Shown here piece after piece: positions 8,832 through 16,863 of a stretch of 64,000 nucleotides of DNA; within the stretch, counting starts at the first letter, position 1; each line of letters starts with the position of its first letter. Source of the stretch: Candidatus Saccharimonadota bacterium. Lineage in GTDB: Bacteria; Patescibacteriota; Saccharimonadia; Saccharimonadales; Saccharimonadaceae. A program made the translations under genes and the position numbers. The DNA is taken from NCBI GenBank assembly GCA_017459705.1, contig JAFUCJ010000005.1, forward strand, positions 7,436-71,435, read 5' to 3'. The notes below the pieces were generated by a model. The model was not told where the DNA came from, made no database searches, and saw nothing but the letters and a program-made list of their open reading frames with translations.

Positions 8832-10109
8832 ATGAAAAAACTTCTTGAAAAACTCCCATTCTACAATCATGCCGTTCTTCCCTATCATTTTGCTCAAAGT
8901 ATAATCGCCACCGCAAAATATCGCCACCCGACCAAGCATCTCCGTGTGATTGGCGTTACTGGTACTAATGGTAAGACCACCACCTGTTTTATGATTTGGC
9001 ACATGCTTCGCGCCGCCGGATACAAGACTGGACTCATGACCACCGTCGCTCACGGTGTTGACAAGTTGGAGCCAGAATTAGGACACATGACTACTGTTGA
9101 TGCGATTACTCTGAACCGCCGCATCCGCTCCATCGCTGATTCTGGTGCCGAGTTTCTCGTTCTCGAAGTTACCTCTCACGCCCTTGCCGAGTACCGTACC
9201 TGGGGTATTTCCTTTGAGATAGCCGTCTTTACTAACCTCACGCATGACCATCTTGACTACCATAAGACTATCGATAATTATCGCCGGGCGAAAGGCAAAC
9301 TATTCAAAAAAGCCGCATTCAGTATCCTAAACGCTGACGATAATTCCTCAGAGTATTACCGTACTCTCGCGCACGATTATACCACATATGGTATAAAATC
9401 TGGCGACAACCGTGCAAAATCCATAAAACTCAACGTTTCCGGTGTGAGATATTCATACCATGATATAATTTCTGACACCGATTTCAAGATTTCTACTCAG
9501 ATTCCCGGCGAATTTAATGTTTATAATTCCCTCGCCGCCGCCATCGTAGGGAGCAAACTTGGTCTAACGAGGCAGCAAATCGAGGACGGCATCGCTTCCC
9601 TTTCTAGTGTCGAAGGGCGCATGAATCTTGTCGACGAAGGGCAGCCTTTTACAGTCATCGTGGACTACGCCCATGCTCCCGACGCCCTCGAAAAAGTTTA
9701 TGATAGTGTCAAGGGTCACAAGGGGCAGATTATCTCTGTTCATGGTGGCGCCGGACGTCGCGACCCCTCTACTCGCCCCATTCGTGGTCGCATCCTAGCC
9801 CACTATTCCGACATCGTCATCATTACGGAGGACGACTCCCGCGATGAAGACCCCGAGCTAATCGCCGCTGGCTTCATCGAGGGGGCCGAGAAAGAAGGCA
9901 AAACTCTCGGCAAGGACCTCTTTAAGGAATTGAATCGCGAAAAGGCAATCCGACTCGCCCTGTCAAAAGCCAAGCCTGGCGATCTGGTTCTTCTCCTCGG
10001 CAAAGGTCACGAGAAAACCATTCTCCGTGCTGACGGTGCTCATGATTTTGAAGATATCAAAGTCGCCGCTCGTTTGCTTCGTGACTTAGGCTACCACAAA
10101 TCCGCATAG
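8832..10109 (+). CDS. Mur ligase family protein, MurE-like (short N-terminus)
   Basis: P-loop GVTGTNGKTTT, TNLTHDHLDYH, DYAHAPDALEKV and GGAGRRD match the central and C-terminal Mur ligase domains. At 425 aa it is shorter than typical MurE. Confidence 0.8.
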   Translation: MKKLLEKLPFYNHAVLPYHFAQSIIATAKYRHPTKHLRVIGVTGTNGKTTTCFMIWHMLRAAGYKTGLMTTVAHGVDKLEPELGHMTTVDAITLNRRIRSIADSGAEFLVLEVTSHALAEYRTWGISFEIAVFTNLTHDHLDYHKTIDNYRRAKGKLFKKAAFSILNADDNSSEYYRTLAHDYTTYGIKSGDNRAKSIKLNVSGVRYSYHDIISDTDFKISTQIPGEFNVYNSLAAAIVGSKLGLTRQQIEDGIASLSSVEGRMNLVDEGQPFTVIVDYAHAPDALEKVYDSVKGHKGQIISVHGGAGRRDPSTRPIRGRILAHYSDIVIITEDDSRDEDPELIAAGFIEGAEKEGKTLGKDLFKELNREKAIRLALSKAKPGDLVLLLGKGHEKTILRADGAHDFEDIKVAARLLRDLGYHKSA

Positions 10110-10363
10110 CCAGACTAAGTACGTATTATATATTATGATATATTTACAACAAAAATCAAGACCTGCGTTCGTAAAAACATTATGCTAAACTAAAAATGTA
10201 TACATTTGACAAAAGCGTAACCAACAGATTATTTCTGTTCTAGTTAGACTGAAACAGCCCTATGCAGGTATTTTGTATTTTACCTTTACTAGACTTTCTA
10301 CGAAAAAATCCAAATACTAGGTAGGGGGTTGATTTTATCTTGCAGATATGCTAAGGTGAATGT

Positions 10364-10575
10364 GTGGGGCTGCAATTTAATAGCTAGAGTGGCAAGAAGA
10401 AAGGAGGTTTGGGATGCTTGAAATAAACCTACTCTTTGGTTTGCTCAAGATAAAAATTACTTTCGCACGCAAGCGAAAGTAATAAAATAAACCTAATTTA
10501 ATTCTACCACCCATGAGCCAAAATTACAAGACCCTTTTCGGGTATCTTGTCACCCATTAGGGTCAGCAGCCCCAC
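10364..10575 (+). ncRNA. Candidate structured transcript enclosing a small ORF (class unknown)
   Basis: GTGGGGCTGC (10364-10373) is the exact reverse complement of GCAGCCCCAC (10566-10575). A second stem pairs GTGGCAAG with CTTGTCAC, and there are internal hairpins (CTTTCGC/GCGAAAG, CTTGA..AAACC/GGTTT..TCAAG). A weak promoter-like TTGATT-17-TAAGGT lies just upstream. Confidence 0.3.
10414..10482 (+). CDS. Candidate 22-aa hydrophobic/basic peptide (MLEINLLFGLLKIKITFARKRK)
   Basis: Perfect SD AAGGAGG (10401-10407) lies 6 nt before the ATG. The ORF sits inside the folded region above. It is too short for the supplied ORF track. Confidence 0.3.
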   Translation: MLEINLLFGLLKIKITFARKRK

Positions 10576-10582
10576 CCAGTAG

Positions 10583-11332
10583 CTACTCTTCCGGCTCCCA
10601 GTTCGCTAACCCCTCAATCATATATTGTGAATCGACCCCTAGTGCTTTCGCAATAGTTACCGCGCACGCCATATACGATACGGCAGTTTCGCCTGGGATG
10701 AACGTCGCCACGTTCATCAGCTCGGACTGCACTGAGAGAGTCGCCTCAGTGCCCTTGGGATATAGTTTCGAGTTTAGTATCCGTACATCTTTCCCTGTCT
10801 GCCCATAGTCTAGCGTCTGACGCGTTCCCTTGAAATCCGCAAACTTGTCGTAATTTGTGTCGTCGTGGTTAAGCACTACAAACTCCGGCTTCATGTCAAA
10901 CAGCGTCTTTTCGGAATCCAAGAATTCGTCGGCGGTCATGTCTTTGAGCGATGATGTGACGAAATTCGTCATCGCCGCCACATGCACTGGCAGACCATAG
11001 AATATATTATCACGCAGTACGCCTGCTGGCACCGTCACAATCACGACATTTGCCCCTGCTTTCCATGCGTCAGACAAGAACTTATGTAGCATCCCCAACT
11101 TAAAAGGTTGATCGGATGCCAGCACGGCTACTTGCTCGCCAGATGCTTTCAATATTTCGTGTATATAGTGCGCCACCGTAGTCTTCCCTGTCGCGCCCGT
11201 AATTGCCACGAGCTTCATGTCTTTCGTCGGGTTCCCATAATAGGCTTTCAGCACTCCGGCCTTAATTTTTTGCGCTTTTCTCTTCAGCCCACCGTTTTTG
11301 TTTCCAGACCTTGACTTCTCACGCATACTCAT
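10583..11332 (-). CDS. Mur ligase-like protein, truncated and probably catalytically degenerate
   Basis: 249 aa. The P-loop AITGATGKTTV is retained, but the DHLD-type motif is replaced (AAMTNFVTSSLKD) and there is no C-terminal domain. Lys-rich N-terminus. Extended -10 TGTGATATAAT lies 6 nt before the ATG. Confidence 0.65.
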   Translation of the reverse strand: MSMREKSRSGNKNGGLKRKAQKIKAGVLKAYYGNPTKDMKLVAITGATGKTTVAHYIHEILKASGEQVAVLASDQPFKLGMLHKFLSDAWKAGANVVIVTVPAGVLRDNIFYGLPVHVAAMTNFVTSSLKDMTADEFLDSEKTLFDMKPEFVVLNHDDTNYDKFADFKGTRQTLDYGQTGKDVRILNSKLYPKGTEATLSVQSELMNVATFIPGETAVSYMACAVTIAKALGVDSQYMIEGLANWEPEE

Positions 11333-11389
11333 ATCTCTATTATATCACAAATCACCTCAATCTTACTAGTTCCTTAGGGCGAACTTTTG

Positions 11390-12472
11390 TCATTCTAGTA
11401 ACTTACACACCAGCGATACGATTAAGTGCTTCTCTTTTGGCTCACTTTCGGCGATAAGTAGCGCTATCGCAGTGAGTGCCCGGTCAGAAATCTTCGTCTC
11501 CCCCGCCTTAGTCAGATGGCAATCGTTTAGCGTTAAAAAGAAAATAAACAGTAGTGAGCCAATTCGTTTATTTCCGTCATAGAACGGATGGTCCTTGATG
11601 ATAAAATACAGCAAGTTCGCCGCTTTTTCCTGTACCGACGGATACAAATCCTTTCCGTCAAAACTCTGAAATATCGCGGCCAGACTCCCGTCAAACCCAC
11701 CACCGCGTTTCTTGCCAAACAAATCAGACCCGCGCACGCTACGTTTTAACTGAGCAACCGCCTGGTCGCACATTTCCGCCGTGAGTTCTTTCACCGACCG
11801 CGTCTTATTCAGAAAACGCAGATTAATCTTGCCGTCATCATATTCGGCCAAAGTCTTAAAGCTTCCCGCGTATCTCGAAATCACTTCCAGTACCCCATTC
11901 GCCTCGCCGGCGTCCAGTTCGCTCCGCGCCGTTAGTCGCCGCACTATGCCCATCATGTCCTCTACGTCGTGCAACTTCTTTATCTCTCGTCGCGCCGCAA
12001 GCTCCGCTACGCGCCGCTCGTTTACCACGACGCCAGTCGTGAGATACTTGCGAAGCACACTCGTCGCCCACACCCGAAACTGCGTCGCCTTCTTCGAATT
12101 CACCCGATATCCCACCGAGATAATCGCATCAAGATTATACACCCGTACCTTACGCTTTATCATACGGCCACCTTCGTTCTGAACTTGCAGTACTTCTTTA
12201 CAAGTCCGTTGCTGGACTATCAAATCTTCATCAGCAACTCCCCCAACTTGTTCCATTTTGGAACAAGTTCCATCCATACTGAGTTCCCCACTCTTGTATA
12301 TATTACCTAAGTGCTTCACGATTGCCGGACGTTGAACCCCGAAAATTTGTGCAATTTGTTCTGGCGTCGCCCAGACCGTCTCCCCGTCTGTATCTACATC
12401 AAAAACCACCTCGCCGGTTATTCCTCGGTATATCTCAATCTTCTTCTCTGTCGAGTTTGGGTCGCTCTCCAT
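11390..12472 (-). CDS. RhuM-like N-terminal domain fused to a Doc-type Fic domain
   Basis: The N-terminus (WATPEQIAQIFGVQRPAIVKHLGNIYKSGEL) is RhuM-like. The C-terminus carries HPFYDGNKRIG, matching the Doc motif HxFx(D/N)(A/G)NKR. Start set to the ATG at 12472 with an AAAGGAG RBS. Confidence 0.8.
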   Translation of the reverse strand: MESDPNSTEKKIEIYRGITGEVVFDVDTDGETVWATPEQIAQIFGVQRPAIVKHLGNIYKSGELSMDGTCSKMEQVGGVADEDLIVQQRTCKEVLQVQNEGGRMIKRKVRVYNLDAIISVGYRVNSKKATQFRVWATSVLRKYLTTGVVVNERRVAELAARREIKKLHDVEDMMGIVRRLTARSELDAGEANGVLEVISRYAGSFKTLAEYDDGKINLRFLNKTRSVKELTAEMCDQAVAQLKRSVRGSDLFGKKRGGGFDGSLAAIFQSFDGKDLYPSVQEKAANLLYFIIKDHPFYDGNKRIGSLLFIFFLTLNDCHLTKAGETKISDRALTAIALLIAESEPKEKHLIVSLVCKLLE

Positions 12473-12517
12473 CGCTTCTCCTTTCCCCAATTATATCATA
12501 TATGTTATAATAATCTC

Positions 12518-13249
12518 ATGAAACTAGATTTTATCCCAGTCAAGACTCGCATTGTTCACGCCCCGCAGGACGACATTACCGATATTATCGACGGCCTAGA
12601 CATACAGGACGGCGATATTGTCTTTATCACTTCTAAAATCATGGGGCTTCACGAAGGCCGCACCGCCAAAATCACCGACACCACGAAAGAAGCGCTCATT
12701 GAAAAAGAGGCCGATCGCTATCTTCCATACGTCAACGCTACTGGCGACTTCCATGTCAACCTCACCGTCACCCAGAATATCCTTATTCCCGCCGCCGGCA
12801 TCGACGAGTCAAACGCTGACGGTTACTATGTCATGTGGCCGCGCGATCCTGACGCCTCTTGCCGACGTATTCGCGACCATCTCATGAGCAGGCACCATAT
12901 CAAAAATCTCGGCATTATCGCTACCGATTCCCACACAACCCCGCTCCGTTGGGGCGTTACTGGTATTACTATTGGCTTAGCCGGTGTTGAGCCACTGAGG
13001 GATATTCGCGGCGAGCCGGACCTTTTCGGCCGCCCCATGCACATCACCAAGGTCGATCTTGTCGATCCGCTTACTAGTATGGCAGTTCTCCTCATGGGTG
13101 AAAGCAACGAGTGTACCCCGATCGTCATTCTTCGCGGTTACGACGGCATCCCATTTAGTGATACGGCCTCCATGCATGATTTCAAAATCAATCCTGCCAT
13201 TGATTTATATTCCCCTCTCATTGATGTTCTCCCTCAGACCACCCGATAG
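12518..13249 (+). CDS. CofE-like (F420-0:gamma-glutamyl ligase family) protein
   Basis: Start set to MKLDFIPVKTRIVH. Family-like segments are GDIVFITSKIMGLHEGR and IPAAGIDESNADGYYVMWP. TGTTATAAT lies 6 nt before the ATG. Confidence 0.7.
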   Translation: MKLDFIPVKTRIVHAPQDDITDIIDGLDIQDGDIVFITSKIMGLHEGRTAKITDTTKEALIEKEADRYLPYVNATGDFHVNLTVTQNILIPAAGIDESNADGYYVMWPRDPDASCRRIRDHLMSRHHIKNLGIIATDSHTTPLRWGVTGITIGLAGVEPLRDIRGEPDLFGRPMHITKVDLVDPLTSMAVLLMGESNECTPIVILRGYDGIPFSDTASMHDFKINPAIDLYSPLIDVLPQTTR

Positions 13250-13294
13250 TCTTGCGTCCACCGCATCAGCCACCAGCCCCACCATGCTAGTCGC

Positions 13295-13999
13295 CTATTT
13301 CACCAAAACTTTTCGCGGATTCTCTACTAGTACGTCGTGTAGCTCTGCTTCGCTATAATATTTCCGCATCCTTTTAAGTCCCTCATTCCATAACTCGCCA
13401 TGGCACCTATGCGCATCGCTCCCCATAGCAAAAATCCTCTTATCCCGCGCCAATTTCTCAACAGTTTTCTTTGCTCGCTTGCCATAGTGCCCGGCAAAAC
13501 TTCCTAGATTGCATTGCAATAGTACTCCCATATCGACCAAATCATCAACGATTCCATAATCTTTCTGCACGCTCGCATACCGTTCTGGGTGTGCCAAAAT
13601 CACTTGATGTCCCGCCTGAATCAGCGCCAGCAAAATATCTTCCCAATTCGGAAAATCTCCGTCCATTGGTAGCTCCACGAGCAGATGTTTGCTCCCCGCC
13701 ATTGGCGAAATCTCTCCTGCGGCAAGCAGCTTCAGAATCTCTCCGTTAATGTAGATTTCGTTTCCGAGGTAAATATTCACTCTCACGCCAGCGGCAGCGA
13801 GAGCCTTGCGGAGCTCGCGAATTAATTTCAGATTTTGCTTTCTAGGTGAAGTATAAATCGTTTCCTCGATATAATGCGGCGTCGCCACAATGTCGTTCAC
13901 TCCTGCCGCCGCCAGCTCTCGCACTACTTCCACTCCGTCCGCCAGAGTTTTTGCTCCGTCGTCTATTCCTGGTAAAATATGCGAGTGTAAGTCAATCAT
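13295..13999 (-). CDS. cpsB: Tyrosine-protein phosphatase, PHP-type (CpsB/YwqE family)
   Basis: The N-terminus MIDLHSHILPGIDDGA and conserved His/Asp positions are typical of CpsB. It lies next to the BY-kinase. Confidence 0.9.
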   Translation of the reverse strand: MIDLHSHILPGIDDGAKTLADGVEVVRELAAAGVNDIVATPHYIEETIYTSPRKQNLKLIRELRKALAAAGVRVNIYLGNEIYINGEILKLLAAGEISPMAGSKHLLVELPMDGDFPNWEDILLALIQAGHQVILAHPERYASVQKDYGIVDDLVDMGVLLQCNLGSFAGHYGKRAKKTVEKLARDKRIFAMGSDAHRCHGELWNEGLKRMRKYYSEAELHDVLVENPRKVLVK

Positions 14000-15360
14000 T
14001 ATTTCTCAGATTCGCTGTAATAGTAATAGTTGTAGTATTTTGATGAATTGCGGCTTACCATATTGAACACGATACCAGCAACCTTCGCATCAACTTTCAT
14101 GAGGGCATCTTTCGTCGCCATCAAATCGTTCTTCGCGGTATTAGCATCCTTCGTCACGATTAGAGTCTCATCCATCATGCTCGATAGGATTACCGAGTCG
14201 GCTAGTCCGCCTACTGGCGCCCCATCGAAAATCACAATATCGTACTTGTTGCGCAATTCTTTCACCAGCCGCCTATTTTTCTTCGACGCGAGAAGCTCGC
14301 TCGGGTTGGGTGGGTATGTTCCGCAAGTAATCACCTGCAAGTTGGCAATATTTGTATTGCGCACATATTCGTCAAGATATGCTAGGTCATCAGTCAGCAA
14401 ATTCGATAGACCGCTCGTGTTTGGGATGCGGAATAGTTTGTGGATGCGTCCTTTCCGGAGATCGCAGTCCACGAGTAGCACCCGCTTGTCGGCCTGTGCA
14501 AACGATACAGCGAGGTTCGACGACACGAAGCTTTTACCCTCACCCGCATTGGTACTGGTCACGAGAATTGTTTTCAAGTTTTTATCCACCGCGGTAAATT
14601 GGAGATTCGTTCTCAGGCTCTTAATGTTTTCGCTCACGATTGCCTTCGGGAATCTCTCGACTACCAATTCGTCGCCATCACGTTTCAATTTGGCGTCATT
14701 TTTCGAGATTCGCCCCGCCACCGGCAAACCGAAAATCTTTTCCACGTTGTCACCATGTTTCACGGTGTCGTCTAGATAGAATCTTAGGAACGCAAAACCG
14801 GCCACCGCCACTACTGCAATCACCCCCGCAAGTATAATATCGCGCGTCAAAGTATTGTTGGATGGCGCTTGTGGCGTCTCAGCGATACTTAGCTGACTCA
14901 CGTTGTCGAGCTTGTAAATCTTCGACACCTCTTTTGCGAAGACTTTCGCAATCTCGTTGGCAATCTTGGCTGACGTTTCAGCATCCAAATCCTTCACCGT
15001 CACGTTCAAAATCGACGTATCCGATACCGGGCTGACCGACACATTCTTGCCGAGTTCCTTTACAGATTCATCGAGTTTTAGATTATCCACTACTTGCCCT
15101 AGCACCAACTCACTTTTAGCAATCTCGCTATAAGTTGTCGTGAGTTTCTGGCTTGCATTTACGTCGTTCAACGTTGACGCCGCACTGCTATTATTTTCTG
15201 ATTGCGCGATGACAATCATCGTTTTTGCTTGATAAATTGGCTTTTTGATGGTTATATCATAAACCGCAATTCCCCCCACCGCCAGTATTATAGCGATAAT
15301 AAATAGAGCGATATATCGCTTCAAGTAGATAAAAAACTCTTTGATGTTGATTTCTTCCAT
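13999..15360 (-). CDS. Polysaccharide co-polymerase (Wzz) fused to a bacterial tyrosine autokinase
   Basis: Two TM segments flank a Wzz-like domain. Walker A TSTNAGEGKSFV, Walker A'/B VLLVDCDLRKG and IVIFDGAP. C-terminal Tyr cluster SSKYYNYYYYSE. Confidence 0.9.
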   Translation of the reverse strand: MEEINIKEFFIYLKRYIALFIIAIILAVGGIAVYDITIKKPIYQAKTMIVIAQSENNSSAASTLNDVNASQKLTTTYSEIAKSELVLGQVVDNLKLDESVKELGKNVSVSPVSDTSILNVTVKDLDAETSAKIANEIAKVFAKEVSKIYKLDNVSQLSIAETPQAPSNNTLTRDIILAGVIAVVAVAGFAFLRFYLDDTVKHGDNVEKIFGLPVAGRISKNDAKLKRDGDELVVERFPKAIVSENIKSLRTNLQFTAVDKNLKTILVTSTNAGEGKSFVSSNLAVSFAQADKRVLLVDCDLRKGRIHKLFRIPNTSGLSNLLTDDLAYLDEYVRNTNIANLQVITCGTYPPNPSELLASKKNRRLVKELRNKYDIVIFDGAPVGGLADSVILSSMMDETLIVTKDANTAKNDLMATKDALMKVDAKVAGIVFNMVSRNSSKYYNYYYYSESEK

Positions 15361-15393
15361 ATAAACCCTTCATTCCATTATACCATAAAATGC

Positions 15394-16539
15394 TTAGAAA
15401 GTAAATAGGTATTCTCTAATTTTGTCTTTTATGCTAGCAAGCGACTCCTCGTTAGCAATCATCACATATCGTGGGTCATCTGGCCCCATAGTATAGGTTG
15501 GTAGTAACGTCCCCTCGCCATCCAACGCGATTGATTCTATTTGCCATTTTGTCCCCTCCGCGAGCTGCCATTTGAGAAAATTCGTGATTTCATCCCGTGT
15601 GAAGCTCGTTTCGAAAGAGTCCGCCGCGATTTCCAAAATCGTCGGCAGTCTTAGTAGGTATTCTGACGAACTTGTCAACTTCTCTATGATACTGGTCAAA
15701 ATCTCCTGCTGGTTCGCCCCTCGGTGCAAGTCTCCCGTGCCGTAGGACTTGCGTTCCCGCGCGAATCTTAGCGCACATACACCGTCCACCACTTGTGTAC
15801 CCACCGAATAATAACATACACCCCCAGGCTTTGCCTTATTCTCCGCATTAAGTCGCATCGCTATATCGGAATATATCTCAATCCCGCCCAGTTGGTCCAC
15901 CACTCGAACCACCGTATCGAAGCTCACTTTCACCGTATAATCTATTGTAATATTCAGAAAATCTTCAAGTGTTGTCTTGCTCATTTCGATACCGTAGCGT
16001 CCCGCGTGGGTCAATTTATCGCGCAGTCCCGTCGTCCCATGTAGTTGCACATAAGTATCGCGCGGTATCGACGCTAGCAGAATCTTGTCCGTTTGCGGGT
16101 TCACCACTACGACGATATTCACGTCTGATAGTGCATCTGGGTTATCGATTCCTTCTCTTGAATCGCTCCCGGATATATATACAATAAATGGCGTCGTGGT
16201 GACGTCGAGTGCTTCCCCTGTGGTCTCCGTCACCGCCGGCGTCGTCACGCCATCAAGAAAGGTGTTAAATGCTGCCGTATAACGTAACCCCACCCCACTA
16301 ATTGTGATTGTGATGATTGTTGTCATTAGACAAATCACGCGCGTCACGACTGGAAACGCCCGCTTCCTCATGATTATTATGCCGTCAATCACTACAACTA
16401 GCAAAACTAGACCGCCCGCTAGCCAAAGCATCCATTGAGGGACGATCTGCATCCGCGCCGCCGCTACGATTGCCATACTGCCCACGACCGTCAGCGCCAG
16501 TGCTAGCACCCCACCGACGATTCGTTCTATTCGTGTCAT
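15394..16539 (-). CDS. LytR-CpsA-Psr (LCP) family phosphotransferase
   Basis: N-terminal TM segments followed by an LCP core (NIVVVVNPQTDKILLASIPRDTYV..., RFARERKSYGTGDLHRGANQQ). Confidence 0.9.
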   Translation of the reverse strand: MTRIERIVGGVLALALTVVGSMAIVAAARMQIVPQWMLWLAGGLVLLVVVIDGIIIMRKRAFPVVTRVICLMTTIITITISGVGLRYTAAFNTFLDGVTTPAVTETTGEALDVTTTPFIVYISGSDSREGIDNPDALSDVNIVVVVNPQTDKILLASIPRDTYVQLHGTTGLRDKLTHAGRYGIEMSKTTLEDFLNITIDYTVKVSFDTVVRVVDQLGGIEIYSDIAMRLNAENKAKPGGVCYYSVGTQVVDGVCALRFARERKSYGTGDLHRGANQQEILTSIIEKLTSSSEYLLRLPTILEIAADSFETSFTRDEITNFLKWQLAEGTKWQIESIALDGEGTLLPTYTMGPDDPRYVMIANEESLASIKDKIREYLFTF

Positions 16540-16549
16540 CCGTACTTCC

Positions 16550-16669
16550 CTAATCTCGTGTAAACAAATCCCTCGTGTAGACTTTGTTTCTTACGTCACC
16601 TAGTTCCTCAGTACAACGATTCGCCAGCGACAGCCCTACATAACCAGTCCCCGCAATTGCAATCTTCAT
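16550..16669 (-). pseudogene. Remnant of a UDP-glucose/nucleotide-sugar 6-dehydrogenase gene (first ~16 codons only)
   Basis: Translation is MKIAIAGTGYVGLSLA followed by unrelated residues and a stop after 39 codons. The start matches the Rossmann N-terminus of Ugd-type dehydrogenases. It keeps its own promoter and RBS. Confidence 0.6.
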
Positions 16670-16702
16670 TTTTCACAAACTCCGTTCTTATCACTTGTAC
16701 TT

Positions 16703-16731
16703 ATTTTACATCATTATTGACGTTATGTCAA
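16703..16731 (-). promoter_or_regulatory. Sigma70-type promoter TTGACA-17-TAAAAT upstream of the ugd remnant and LCP operon
   Basis: On the minus strand, TTGACA is at plus coordinates 16726-16731 with a 17-nt spacer and TAAAAT at 16703-16708. A GGAG-type RBS precedes the ATG at 16669. Confidence 0.6.
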
Positions 16732-16863
16732 CTTTCGTGCGATAAAACTATTCGTCCACACGGTTAGACGTATTTTTGTCAATATACGCTTAACCGTAGT
16801 ATTGTAGCGCAATATTCCAGCCGGAGTGAGATAATTCAGAACTTAACAAACGTAGCTTAGTAA

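Noticed and set aside
10364-10575. Possible tmRNA (starts GGGGCTGC..., ends ...GCAGCCCCACC)
   Set aside because: There is no G3-U70-type acceptor pair, no TTCGA-type T-arm before the 3' end and no D-loop-like GGxTTCGAC. The small ORF does not end in an Ala-rich tag. It is kept only as an unknown structured small-ORF locus.
14048-14779. 243-aa plus-strand ORF (similar cases: 25707-26330, 28193-28825, 7667-8161, 40650-41180)
   Set aside because: All lie antisense within motif-supported genes (BY-kinase, membrane protein, secreted protein, ABC permease, membrane-anchored protein) and lack signals or recognisable motifs.
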